DNA of 64,000 nucleotides from Tubulanus polymorphus (Eukaryota; Animalia; Nemertea): NCBI RefSeq assembly GCF_964204645.1, contig NC_134031.1, positions 6,510,001 to 6,574,000 of the forward strand, read 5' to 3'. Shown piece by piece: positions 38,355 to 51,671 of this stretch (position 1 is its first letter; each line of letters starts with the position of its first letter). The notes under the pieces were generated by a model. It saw only the letters and a program-made list of their open reading frames with translations, ran no database searches and was not told where the DNA came from. The position numbers and the translations under genes were made by a program.

Positions 38355-38949
38355 CAGTTACTTGATAATCATTACCAATTTGGTCATATATCAAACTTGC
38401 AATATTTTCTCTATGTAATCCCAGTTTTAATGGAAGTAAGAGCAATATCGTATGGGTATATTAAACATTTTATTGGAAGATAAAGACAATATATCCTTTG
38501 GAGTAAATAATTCGGATAAATTTGTAATTGAAGTAGTTAATCCCCCAGCAGAGTCCGCGTTATTTGATGCATGTTATTAAAACTGTAAATCAGTGGGACC
38601 TCGTTACATCGGACTTCAGTGCACTAGAAGATATGTTCTTAATAACCGATAGTTTGTCATATCCAGTGTGAAAATATCAAAAGTGTCCTTTTTGAGACGA
38701 AATAATTCTAAGCTGACAAATGCACGAATATAGCGAGGTCTACTGCAGGCCCCGGTCGAGGGTACTGCATTTCCGTTGGACACGAGCCTTAAAGTCGACC
38801 TCTTCGTGAAGTAGTTACTTTGCAACCGGGCTACAAACTCTGGACTAGAACTTAAGACTGTGAGTACAGTCCTTGAACTTCAGCCTGAAATCATTCTCGT
38901 TTGTAACTTTTTTGACGCAGTAAAAACCATTAGAATAATGTTTATAAAC

Positions 38950-39335
38950 ATTGCATTCATAAACACTACTATGCGTTATCAAAGGGATTCTGTGTGTGTT
39001 GATGTGGACTACGTCACCAATATTGGGGTTTCAAAATAACAATTACAATTTGATAGTGAATTTTTGCCTTTATTTTGTAATAGGTATATATCATAACTCC
39101 CATTTTACATTCGATGTGTTTGATACTTGATATATTTGACGATGTGTACTACGTCATCGATATATAAGGGCTAGACTGGTTGCCGGTCTATTCAATTCCA
39201 TTATCTATACATTCAAATTCAAAATAACTTTATTGAACATTGATATTATATGATTTTACATTATATCATCGTCGACAATGTGTTGTTTTTCTAGGTGCCA
39301 ATAGACTTTCAAGTTAGTTTTCTTGTTTTTTCAGT
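38950..39335. repeat. Dispersed ~380-bp repeat, second copy at ~54205-54590
   Basis: Shared blocks in the same order: CTATGCGTTAT..AAAGGG, ACGTCA.CAATAT, TTTCAAAATAACAATTA, GGGCTAG.ACTGGTTG.CGGTC, ATTCAAATTCAAAATAACTTTATTGA, ACTTTCAAGTTAGTTTTCTTGTT. Confidence 0.8.
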
Positions 39336-40509
39336 ATTCAATCCAGTCTCAACAGTTTCGAAATCCGTGTTAAGGCACCGCTGGGTATAAGGTTTCGAGC
39401 GCGTTCTGAACGATAAGACTAACAACGAAATATATCTAATTCAATAAGAACCCAAAATCTGAGATGACAGAAGAAAATCTACTCCGTCTGCGCGTACGTA
39501 GGTCGATAGCGCGTAATTCACTGAGAAACCGCTAATAAAGATGCACTATAGATTGTTATTACGTTTTGTTGAGGTTAATACGGTTATAGCTAATCAAAGC
39601 CTATTCGACAATCCATTCAGAATTTTCCTGCTGTGTGATTGACTACCGGGAGACTATTCTAGTTCCTCGCGTAACCGTCTCATATACCGCCAAACAAGCA
39701 AACCACGATTTTTCATTTCCTTTCGTCGCTCGTAAAACGAAAGTTAATAATTCGTCGCCGTGGAATCGATTCCCGTTTCTGAGGTATCCATTTTTTGCGA
39801 TACACGTCGCGGGGTGTGAAGTGATGTCCAGTTATTACGCAATGTACAGGTCAACCCATATTGCATAAATGAGTGTTAGTTGATTATCTTTTTTGGAATT
39901 GTTTAGTTGCTAAATCTGTATAATCAATTCAATTCAATTTAACATTTCATGTCGCCATTCAACATTTTCCAATTCAATCCAATATGGGATTTCTGCAACT
40001 TAGCAGAAAACCCTATTGTTATTATCGTGATTATTATTTCCCTACCCCTGTCCTGCCAGCGAGCGTTCATATATCTTATCACATTTCGATAACTAATAGC
40101 TTCTAAGCGCAATTTTAAATTCGGGTGGAAATAAAACAGACTTGGACCAGTAGATTCTATGTATGTACTGTCCACCCTATTCTAAAGTTATTTTTTACTA
40201 AAACACCGTCCAGAAATGAAGTACTGTTGTGGTGGGTACGTATATCATTACTGTACAATATTTTGCGCGCAGATCGTTTATTTGTGACGTCATTTGATTA
40301 CCTAAGAAAGAGGATGGCCCTGGTGCAATATGATATCAGGTTGGAATCCCGAGACGAATATTTTTTTTCCAATTCTCATAATTCTCGTCCTTTCATAATT
40401 CGATTGTGAAGGCTTCAGAAAAACCCGTTATCGCTGCTTTACTGCTATATCTAATTTATCTTTTTCATTTAATTCTATTGCTTCCATCATTCGAATTTTT
40501 TTCTATGTA

Positions 40510-40928
40510 TCAACCACTTCCATCAAGGGATTTTCGTAATTCTGTGACCAAAAATGTGCTCATCAGCAGCATAACCGGTATTCTATCCACTGTCCATGAA
40601 AGGAACATGTTCGATTCACCGATGCAGACTAATTTCTTGCTGTCATCTAGCTTTGTACATATACATCTCCGCGAACCATAAACTTTCATCTGACTAATTT
40701 CTACCGGATCTCGGACAAATTGACCATCAATGCCAGTGCAGTCCGCTACTGTATAACAAGCTAATGATATATACATGATCTACGTATAAACTGAATACGA
40801 GGAAAGAGTGTCTGAAACATGTATCCCGAATAACGGATACATACATCTCCTCCGGATTAGCAAGGATTGGTGTAATAATCATACAAACCAATAAGGAACA
40901 ACACCAATACATGTATAACCGTGGACAT
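40510..40928 (-). CDS. Candidate small secreted Cys-containing protein (2-3 exons)
   Basis: Exon 40928-40889 (MSTVIHVLVLFLI, donor GTTTGT) joins in phase to 40748 onward (VADCTGIDGQFVRDPVEISQMKVYGSRRCICTKLDDSKKLVCI). An optional 78-nt intron at 40619-40542 gives ...ELRKSLDGSG*. No recognised family. Confidence 0.45.
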
Positions 40929-42459
40929 TTGAAAATGATTAAAATCCCTGACTCTTTTTATCAATAACCAATATGAAGTCTACTGCCGTTGAAATGACAT
41001 ATACAGATATAGATGATATTAGTATGTAGCATGAGACTGGATCTGGACGGCTGTATCAATTTTCGATTTCGTTTGGTAATAACGATAATGATAATAATTT
41101 GTTCAGCCTGAAATCCATACAAAATATGCTCATTGGGTTTACGAGTATAATCAAAAGCTTCGATGAACAAAGGGTTTTGAGCTTAGATTCAAAAGCATCG
41201 ATTGAAGGACTAGATTTAATCGGACTAGGTAAAGTATTCCAGTGTGTACTGGGGCAGAGTATACGAGAAGGCTATATGTCCGACTAAGACTAGATTAACG
41301 CGGGGAATGACTAGCGGGGATCGATTGTTAGATCTTAAAACTCTAGGTATCATTATTTTTGAAATTATGCGTTTACATTGAAATCCACCGCCCACGCATT
41401 CATTTGTAGTTGCTCGCTATTGTTAGTTAATACGCCTGATGAACAAGGACTTCACCTTCTCGACACGCCACTGTTTGAATAATGTATGCACAATAGTGTA
41501 CATGATACGCTATTCATTATCAATACACTCGGATTATTTGACACAGACGACTTCATCCCATACAGAGCCAACTGTTTTTACGGATGGCAACGCATCGTCC
41601 CTCGGGTAAACGGCATCCATACCTAATTCTTTTTATGGACATGTAATTGGTCATTTCCGAGTTAATCGTTCGCGATGGTCAATAGAGTCCGGTTCACGAC
41701 CGAGTGCGCACCGCGGCAATTATTTGCAACGCTTCAACGAGCAAACTTTATCTTTCACTAAACAAATACCTCAGTAATTGCATTTTCCCGAACAAACATA
41801 CAAGTTCGTAGAAAAGGAACTAGCAACCAGACGTAAGTAGCCGAGTCAGCACCGGGGGCCGATTGCATGGCCAAGGCTTAGATTTAAGACCAATTTAAGG
41901 CCATCTCAGTTCGCCAATCTAACAACTTAATACACAGTCGCTTGCCGGTTCAGGCTGGTTGGAAGAATGTTTGAGTGAACCGGAACCGTAAGATTATGTA
42001 CTTCGACTCAATCAAAAACTGCTGTAATTTCTACCGCCGATCACACAACTATATCTGTACTTCTATATCCGATTTCAATATCAAACCCCATGTTTCTCTT
42101 CCGATAGGTGTGGTGGGTTTGTAAGGAACAGCAATCATGTCAAATCAAATAAAACGATATCTACTAATTAAATAGATAATAGGGTCAATCCCTATCTAAA
42201 GATAAAAATAACTTAAGACAAGATTCTGGACCACTTTGGCTTCATCTTTGACTATAGACCCTGGGGCCGATACCGAGACATGCTACCTGTGAACGTAATA
42301 ATTCAATGATCTAAGACTATACACTAACTTGTCTTGAATGTGGAATCGGGCCCAATGTGTGGCAAATACTCTTTTTGAGAAAATCAACCAGCCAGTGATC
42401 AGATTCTCAGGGTAGAAAAATTCAATTGTTCCGTCTGGCAATCATCTAACTATGGGATA

Positions 42460-42934
42460 CTACATTTGTATGAAATAGTCACGTATCCTTGAAGCTGCTC
42501 TAAGGATGACCGATTTTGCAGACGGATCTGAAAACTGAAAACTCATTTTTTCCAGCCACCGTAATCATCGGCCATCACTTCATATAAATTCACAAAAATT
42601 GCCATTTTCACGCCGCATAATTCAATTTAGCTTGTTACCCGAATAAATCGGGTTTGACGAAATAGCTAAGATATATACGTATACGTACTAACGTGACATA
42701 TTATATCGTAGTTCGAATTCATCGACGAACACGGAGAGAGAATATATGAGTATTTCATCTGAGTTGGCGTCGTGAATCCTAATTCTAACCAATCTATCAT
42801 CACAACATCATTAGAGCGTTTATGAAGGCGCCGAGAGCCGGGATTATCGAATTTTTATGACAACGGAATCATTACCTAGCATGCGCACATACAAGGACAA
42901 GTGTCAGTATCAAATACACGAGTAGTGTTAACAT
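42460..42934 (-). CDS. Candidate small secreted protein (3 exons, ~70 aa)
   Basis: Signal exon 42934-42876 MLTLLVYLILTLVLVCAHA with an AG/GTAATG donor. Phase-compatible exons 42778-42693 and 42527-42460 give RIHDANSDEILIYSLSVFVDEFELRYNMSHPSAKSVILRAASRIRDYFIQM*. The exon-2 acceptor is weak. Confidence 0.35.
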
Positions 42935-44024
42935 TCTGCGAATCTTTCCGTGAATTTTGTGGATAAATATCGTGTGTATAACTCTTGATGGTTATGTCCA
43001 GATCGTCATTATCGCAGTCGGTCCAGTACAGAAATCTGGTGCTGTTTGCTATTGTGGTCTGAATAAAGAACGACTCGAACGGCTATAGGGTAGAACAGTC
43101 AAAATATCACTGCACTGACTCTTGAATTCCTTATGCACTGCCATATGGTTAGATATAGGGCCAGCCTAAGATCATCTAGGATCACCGATAGCTATACAAA
43201 GCTATTCAAACAAGCTGGAACCAGTTGTAGAATTGAACACAATTTTTGGAGGACTTATGGCACGATTGTGAAACATGGGTCGAAATCTTCCAGCAGGTTA
43301 ACATTTTCCAACATAAGTGAGATCCTAGTTTTAGCTAACTCAGGACGATTTTTTGATTCTTAATCCATTCAATTTATTTGGACAATCTGGAACTAGATCC
43401 TAGATTCCGTTAGCTTAACCATGGACTTGTGTAAACTGATTAATACGTCCATGGCTAGATTCACCACACCAAAGAGCCCATTCGTCGTTCGTCCGTTCGC
43501 TGGTATCGAACATGTTGTTTTTTCCATAAAGAAACAGAAGCAGAAATTGTGTAAACAAGTGACACAAACAAACAGATTCACGTCGACGGTAGAGGAGTAC
43601 GTAATGGATATGGAACTAACGACATAACACGACAAGGAAAACATCCATTTGGCACGTAGTTAAACATAGTCTGACTATAAATCGGTGCTTATTACCTGAA
43701 CAGCAAGGTAACTGTGTCGACAACTTTCAACGACAACGTTCACCTATACATCTTCGCGTGATGCAGAGCAATCAAAAACGAGCTTAGGCAAATGTGCCGT
43801 CCAAGTCCCGCTCGTATGATCACAGTATGGTAATATTTTTTCATCGCTACAGGTCAAAAACCGAATGAAATATGTCATCGGAAAAGTAAGTCATATCGGT
43901 CGAAAAAGTTAACGTCAGCTTTCGCTCGATTGCACTATATGCAAGCACAGGACATGCAGTGAAACATCAAGATCAAGAAAGCCAATGGCAATGATAACAG
44001 ATTAGAATCGTTTGTAAAATTCCA

Positions 44025-44152
44025 AGGGCCAGTTGCTGAAAAGTTGGTTAGATTTAACAAGTGGATAGTTGAAATAGTGACAATCAAAATTGCATTATTA
44101 CTATGATGTTCATCCGCCGGACCGGGTTATCTTCAACCAATCTTTGTGCAAC
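44025..44152. mobile_element. Harbinger-like MITE (family B, partial)
   Basis: GGGCCAGTTGCTGAAAAGTTGGTTAG...AACCAATCTTTGTGCAAC; homologous to 56125-56247 and 56693-56822. Confidence 0.6.
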
Positions 44153-44795
44153 AGATTGTTTCATTTTTCTAGAGTAGAAGAAAAATGCAACTCTTCTCGC
44201 GCGTTTATTTCTGACGTTTCAACCTTCATCCACCGAACGTTTCGGTGCGGATTTTTCCGTCGGCAGTAAAGGAAACCATTTGTGATAGATAGAAGCCAGA
44301 GAATATTCTCAAGAGTCTGATTAAGCGGGCTATTCGTCACCGACTGATAACGTGTTGGGATGAGAGACAGCTACCTGGCATCATCCAGCGACATTCCCCC
44401 TCTTTCTCCGAGCAGCTGCGCGCTATACGAATATTACATTTCCGATATAAGTCGCAGAGACGAGACTCTCCCGTCGTCGCAAACCTCGTCAGTTCCCTAC
44501 ATCGCTTCATCGAGATTTAACGTGACTAGTAACATACGGCGTTGGAATGACAAGTTCGAAGCGCGTGTTTAACATTCGATTTTCATACGTGTGACTCGTG
44601 ATTTGTGACACGAATTCAGATATCCGCGAGAGTCTCCATTAATTGTAACTGTTAAACGAAGTGGGATCACATCGCGCCGCAAGTTTGAGATTTTTAACTC
44701 AATAAAAGACGTAAGATAAAAGATGTAAGTTACGCACATTAATTAATTAATCAAGTAAATTTTGGTTGCTTTCCGTCTTAATACGTAATTGCCGG

Positions 44796-45072
44796 GGTCG
44801 GTTCCATAGTCATGGCTTAGACTTAAGACCAATCTAAGGCCATCATAGTTTTGTAGCTAATCTAACAGCTTAACACCAGTCTTATGATTAAATACCATTT
44901 TGGACTTAAGTCTCAACCATGGCACCGACCCCAGGGGCTGGCTCCTTAGATGAGACTTAAGTCCAGAAGTGTTCTAAAACTTTAAGACTGGTCTTAAGTT
45001 GTCAGATTGGTTATAGAACTAAGATGGTCTTAAATTGGTCTTAAGTCAAAGCCATCACTATGGAACTGGGCC
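44796..45072. mobile_element. Two abutting Harbinger-like MITEs (family A, opposite orientations) sharing a CAG junction
   Basis: GGGTCGGTTCCATAGTCATGGCTTAGACTTAAGACC...CCGACCC-CAG-GGGCTGG...CTATGGAACTGGGCC-CTG. Confidence 0.8.
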
Positions 45073-45591
45073 CTGGGCTTAAGTTGAAATCTATGTCTAG
45101 GTTGAAAACATTGCTAACCAATTGAATAACCAATTGATCGACTAGAATGAGAAATATTCGTGTCGGAATATCAGAACAGGCGTATGTATACATGTTGACA
45201 CCAAAGGGTTATGTCTTAATGCTGGTTTTGTTTTCTTCATCTGGTTCGCCGCCGGAGGCCGAAACCGCGTAGTCAGTTCTTGCAAATCATCTTCTTTTCC
45301 CCTTAATGAACCGCGTCTCTTGTCTCGTGCGTTCGGTTGTGTATGTTCAGCTTTCCATTTCAGATCAGGTCGTAAATCCATTGCCAAATGATGCGGAATA
45401 ATTTAATATTTCCAATCAACCCGGGGCGATTCATATTTTCTCCACAGAAACACAAGGCGCAGAACTCTGATCTCTTCGTTACACGGGGAATAAACACCTT
45501 ACATAAGCGTTCGAGGGTTTATACCTTCCTCTTAAGGAGAATGCGCAATTCAACACTAAAACTGTTGATTTCGTTATTGAACTTTTTGCAA

Positions 45592-45722
45592 GTGGTTAGA
45601 CCGTTCGAATCTGGGAGGCCAGGTAGTGGGTCCGAACCCCATACATTACCGTTGTGTCCCCCGGCAAAACACTTAATATCCTCATTGCCTCTCGTCACCC
45701 GTGAGTAAATGGGTATCCGGTC
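45592..45722 (+). mobile_element. Degenerate tRNA-derived CORE-type SINE
   Basis: GTGGTTAGA (A-box-like)...GGGTCCGAACCCC (B-box-like), followed by GTTGTGTCCCCGGCAAAACACTTAA...CATTGCCTCTC...GTAAATGGGTA resembling the CORE domain. Confidence 0.55.
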
Positions 45723-46240
45723 TGATAGATGACTCCTGAGACGGGATAGCTACCTGGCATCATCTAGCGACATTTCCTCTTTTTCCATCTGATAGATGAC
45801 TCCTGAGCATAAAGCAGCTGCTCGGATGTTACTGTTCTCCGAGACTGATAAATGGTTGTTGTAATATTACCAATTCAATGGAAAGCGCAGTGAAATGGCC
45901 GCGGTAGAAATCAAATTACTATAACTATTTCAGAAGGTTACTTTTTTAAACCATCGCCGTGGAATCAACCCGTAGATTAAAAGTTAGCACTCCTGTTTCC
46001 CAGATCAGTGTGCGTTCTTCGTCGATACTATGCGTGTGTCTTTCTGTGCGCTTAAAGCAATGAGTATCGAGTATCCTCCTGAGGTTTTAGCTGACCAGGC
46101 GAATACGCTATTAACGCTTAATCTATTGCTAATAACTGTTGCAAATAGTGACCGTTTTCACGTTCGCGTAGAATAAACTTTCATTAGATTAATGTATCGC
46201 GTATTGGGTCCTTCCCTAGAGCTGCCGATAACCGAATGAT

Positions 46241-46825
<585 letters not shown>

Positions 46826-49433
46826 AGACAATAACGTGACTGAGGGAAAGTAAAGAGGCTATATCGGTAAAAATTTAAGATATGTGGATGACAGCTATTC
46901 TCTCGGATCGTATGGCCAGAAGCGATGGTCTTTTTATCTGCACATCACATTCTTCGAATTTTCCTTTAAACCTGGGAACACTGGATTCTAGACAATCAGT
47001 AATCAGTGTTTTCTGCCATTTCTGAAGCTGCGGGGTTGCATGTATTTGTGTACAAATTTTATCGGGAATATATGGAATATGATAATACCCGCGGCTTCGA
47101 ATTCAGTGTGAATATGTACACGAATGCTCGAATATAGGCAAAGAGTTGCATAAAAATGAATCGATCCGAATAGGAAAAAATGAATTCGGTGGTTATCCCA
47201 CTCTATGTGCAAGGTAGAAATCTGATTTTGACAACATTCCATAAACATTCCACCTGAAACTTTGCTAAATGATGCCGGACAGACTTTAACTGGACACTAC
47301 GTAGGTGATGCGGTACTTGGCATAATCGAGCATTTTGTCCAAGCTGTTAGGTACATGATATACCCGTACTTGGAACTGTCAACTGGCACGCTCCGATACG
47401 TGTCAAGCTTCTTGATTATCATTTTGATCGTTATGTAATTTTTTTCTTGATAGAGAAAATACAGGTTTTCACTTTCAAAAATTGCCAGTCATTTTTGAAA
47501 GTGAAAATCTGTATTAAGCAATGTTTGAAATTGAAAAGCAGTTATGTCTTAGATTTAAGACCAGTCTAAGACCATCTTAGTACTACGGCTAATCCAACTT
47601 TAGGACCACTTTTGGCCTCAAGTCATAACTGTGCATATGTGGGCCCTGGGCCCTGATTTTCAACGATTTAAAACGATGTGCGCATAGGCTTAACTCACAA
47701 AGGTGCTGGGTAGATGATGAGTGGATTTATCTGAATAGGATTCTCCTGAAGTTTGCGTCATACGACATGGTGAAATATCTTAATAATCCGAAGAAAAACT
47801 TGAATGGGTTAGTAACATCAGCACGTTACAGTAGTAACGCATTCGTAATCCATGTTTGCTAATGTTGTCACTGCCGACCCAAACGTTTGAATACGGAGTA
47901 AGGATTTCGGGTCTCTTTCGGTGCGGTTTGAATGATATCGAAATGTTAGAATAACACGAACGAGAATCGAACAAAAACTCGATCCTTTTTCAAATGAGTT
48001 TCCGCCGCATAGCAGCGTAGACTGGAGATTCCACCGCAAAATCGATAGACAAACCACAGAATTACAGACACATGACAAATCCCTAAAGTAACCAAGGCGG
48101 ATAGTTGGTTGGTGTTCTCATCACGATCTAGAATAAATAGTCACACTGTCACAGATGACTGTGAGTGCGGTAGAGAATTCATCACTCTTGTAAAAACAAT
48201 ATCATCTCTCAGTAGAAAATATTATCTTAGGGACCAGTTAATACTTGCACCGAGTCGTTTGACCGATAGCTGACATTGCACTGCGAGATTTAGCGAACGA
48301 TCGATTCCGCTCTGTATAAACGACCGATGCTTTGTCGACGACAACGCCGCAGGAGTATATAGGTGAAGAATGTGTCCCCGTTTGTTGCAACGTTACTCGC
48401 CTGATCATAGCGAGGACGCTTTGCAACACTTTTCCTCGTCCCGTGCAGTTTGTTTGACTCGAATCGAGGTCAGTCCGGTGTCAGTTAAATAGACGAAAGA
48501 AAGATGATACATTTACCATTAAACCAGGATGTCAGCAAACCCATGATTGAGAATTTCTTGCTAGTTCATTTTTTTGTGACGAGAAAGTCATTTATATCAC
48601 CATTCGCTGAGATATACCTGATAGTTCCCGTCGACACTGACTGTATCAAGTAGGATTTCTGGTTTTCTAGGGATCGACGATCAATTTATTTAATGCTGTC
48701 TACATCCAACCGCGGATCAAACACATTTACGAGGTTCAGGTGCGGGATGAATTGGCTGAAAGGTTTTTTTGTATTAATCGGATTTCACGGGAACTGACCA
48801 CGGACATCGCCGGTTCCATACATTGATATCCTCTTTGATGGTATTTCGCTTTAAACCTTAAAAAATCTCATGCATCGCCAGCAGAGCTGCTTGCCATTAC
48901 TCCACTGCTAGGAAAATGCTCGCAGGACTGTGTTTCATTCTCTTTATGGCTTTCGCTTCATATAATTTTTTAAAAGAACCATTTTCAGAGCACAAGGGTT
49001 AACATAATTTACTGTTTCAAATTGTATTCAATGTGTTCCGCGAAAACGTCATTCCCTAAAGTATCGAAATGGTAGATTACATTTCACTGATTCAGAATGG
49101 ATTGATATTAATTCGTTGAACAGATTGTAATGGATTGCAGGTTTCCGATCTACGTCTGCCATATATCGATTTACCTCAGTATGCAATTAAAGTATTCATC
49201 TATGAATATGTCACTCGAATATCATCGGTTGTAGTAGCCTAAAATCGGAATAAGCCCGATTCATAAATCCTACGTACCGTGTTTGAAAATCCACGACCAA
49301 ATTTCTATATCGAAAATAATCAATTTATGAAATGTTTCCACTTCGTAATTACTCAACTAAACGTAATTTCCTTTCAGTCTAACTCCGGAATAATTGCAAC
49401 TGAGGCAATTAATTCGGGCCTGCCGTCAGATGC

Positions 49434-50174
49434 TCTCCCTCCTCTCCCTCTCCCTCTCCCTCTCCCTCTCCCTCTCCCTCTCCCTCTCCCTCTCCCTCTC
49501 CCTCTCCCTCTCCCTCTCCCTCTCCCTCTCCCTCTCCCTCTCCCTCTCCCTCTCCCTCTCCCTCTCCCTCTCCCTCTCCCTCTCCCTCTCCCTCTCCCTC
49601 TCCCTCTCCCTCTCCCCTCTCCCTCTCCCTCTCCCTCTCCCTCTCCCTCTCCCTCTCCCTCTCCCTCTCCCTCTCCCTCTCCCTCTCCCTCTCCCTCTCC
49701 CTCTCCCTCTCCCTCTCCCTCTCCCTCTCCCTCTCCCTCTCCCTCTCCCTCTCCCTCTCCCTCTCCCTCTCCCTCTCCCTCTCCCTCTCCCTCTCCCTCT
49801 CCCTCTCCCTCTCCCTCTCCCTCTCCCTCTCCCTCTCCCTCTCCCTCTCCCTCTCCCTCTCCCTCTCCCTCTCCCTCTCCCTCTCCCTCTCCCTCTCCCT
49901 CTCCCTCTCCCTCTCCCTCTCCCTCTCCCTCTCCCTCTCCCTCTCCCTCTCCCTCTCCCTCTCCCTCTCCCGCTCCCGCTCCCGCTCCCGCTCCCGCTCC
50001 CGCTCCCGCTCCCGCTCCCGCTCCCGCTCCCGCTCCCGCTCCCGCTCCCGCTCCCTCTCCCTCTCCCTCTCCCTCTCCCTCTCCCTCTCCCTCTCCCTCT
50101 CCCTCTCCCTCTCCCTCTCCCTCTCCCTCTCCCTCTCCCTCTCCCTCTCCCTCTCCCTCTCTCTCTCTCTCTCT
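49434..50174. repeat. (CCCTCT)n hexamer satellite with an internal (CCCGCT)n block and (CT)n end
   Basis: About 740 bp; CCCGCT variant at ~49969-50052; 1-bp phase slip at ~49615. Confidence 0.97.
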
Positions 50175-51563
50175 TCTGATAGACGTAAAGGCTCGAAGTG
50201 TACATATACAGCGGTGGTTTATTCGCGAGCGTGTCTGCGATCGTGTTCTCTAAAGAGAATTTCCATCATCGGATGTAGTTTTTCATCTTGTCCTAACAGA
50301 TTATAGGTCATCGCCTTATGAATACAATCCGCATCAAATTTCAAAGTAATAATTTCTACTTATCTATTTTCCCGGATACGCCAAATCTATTGTGATGTTC
50401 GAAGAGGCAGCAACGCGGTGCACATGAATATTGAATAGAGTGAAAGCTCGTTGTAACGCCAGCCCATCGAGATTTTCCGGCGGTATAACGAAATGACTAT
50501 CGTGAGAGTTGACATAGTATGCACAGCATGACTATTGACCAGATCCGGAATTAGACATCTAGTGGGGGGTCTTAGGGATATTTTGGTTTAAATTCTTCCA
50601 AAAGCACGAAATTCATACCAGATGTCAATCATGCTGTATATTTTTGATTTCTGACGAGCGCCAAGGCGAACGTGGCTTGGGACCGCCATATTGGGCAATA
50701 CAAGATGGCCGTCCTCTGGCCACTAATCAGTTGATCTTTATTTAGGAAGCGTAATAAAGGTCATTTTATTAAGATAATAGAAAAAAATGATACAGTAGAT
50801 GTGTGATACTGTCGACCACATGTATCGATTCGTAGTCAAAAGATCAGACTGGAAACGTCGTTGACGAAATATCGTTGGTGGTATACCGAATGTTTTCTCT
50901 ATGAGTTTGAATAGGACTGTTCTAGGATTTCGTTGGCGTTATGGCGGAGGGTGAGAGGTGGTATAACGAGACCTATTTACATATATATAGATACAAAATG
51001 TCCACAAGGAAGTTCTTGGCGATAGGTAAATTTTGCGGCGTAACGAATGGCGGTATAACGAGAGCTTTGACTATATCTAATTAGCTATATACGATAGGCT
51101 GGAGGTTTTTTGGAGGACACGTCACGGTTAATGGGTGAGGTGTTACATGTTGATGTGACATTATGTTTTTGGTCCTAAATAACCCCGGGAAGGTTTAAAC
51201 ATAGTTTAAAACGAGAAAAATTGCAAGGAGGCATTAAATTTAGTAAAAGAAATATCGTTACAAAATGAAATAGAAAAACATCATCAGCCATTTTGGGAGA
51301 TATCTCCCTCTGTGAGGAAATTAGTGAACTAGAGCCTACCATTCAGTGAGGAATTTCAGCTTTTTCTGTTTGCTGTGACACTGATATGTTTATGTCTCCA
51401 CATCAACCAACCCGTATCCTGCAAATATAATGAACAATAATCTGCTCGCTGAAATTCTAAGAATTCATTACGAAAAAGACGAAACCTTCACTGATATAAC
51501 GCAGCAGAAAATGTAACAGTTAGCAAAACTAATCGAATCTAGATTAAAAAGGTAGAACACCTG

Positions 51564-51671
51564 GGTCCAGTTCCACAGTTCCGAGTTAAGATTTAACTCT
51601 GAGTTAAATCACTGAAAATGAACTAACTTTAACTCAGAGTTAACTCTAACTCACAACTGTGGACCTGGGTC
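51564..51671. mobile_element. Palindromic Harbinger-like MITE (family D), CTG TSD
   Basis: CTG-GGTCCAGTTCCACAGTT...GAGTTAA...TTAACTC...AACTGTGGACCTGGGTC-CTG; shorter relative at ~62338-62403. Confidence 0.75.

Noticed and set aside
40727-40912. MYWCCSLLVCMII... as a signal exon
   Set aside because: Its donor joins the next acceptor into an early stop; the overlapping frame from 40928 gives a coherent model.
41770-42175. Plus-strand GTAAG donors and a good acceptor suggesting small exons
   Set aside because: Could not assemble a start-to-stop frame with any recognisable product.
45142-45387. Hydrophilic 81-aa ORF with an RRGSL motif
   Set aside because: Possibly an exon, but no partner exons or homology recognised.
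49279-50253. Long SP/LP/RG dipeptide ORFs (extensin-like)
   Set aside because: Translations of a hexamer satellite that is open in most frames.
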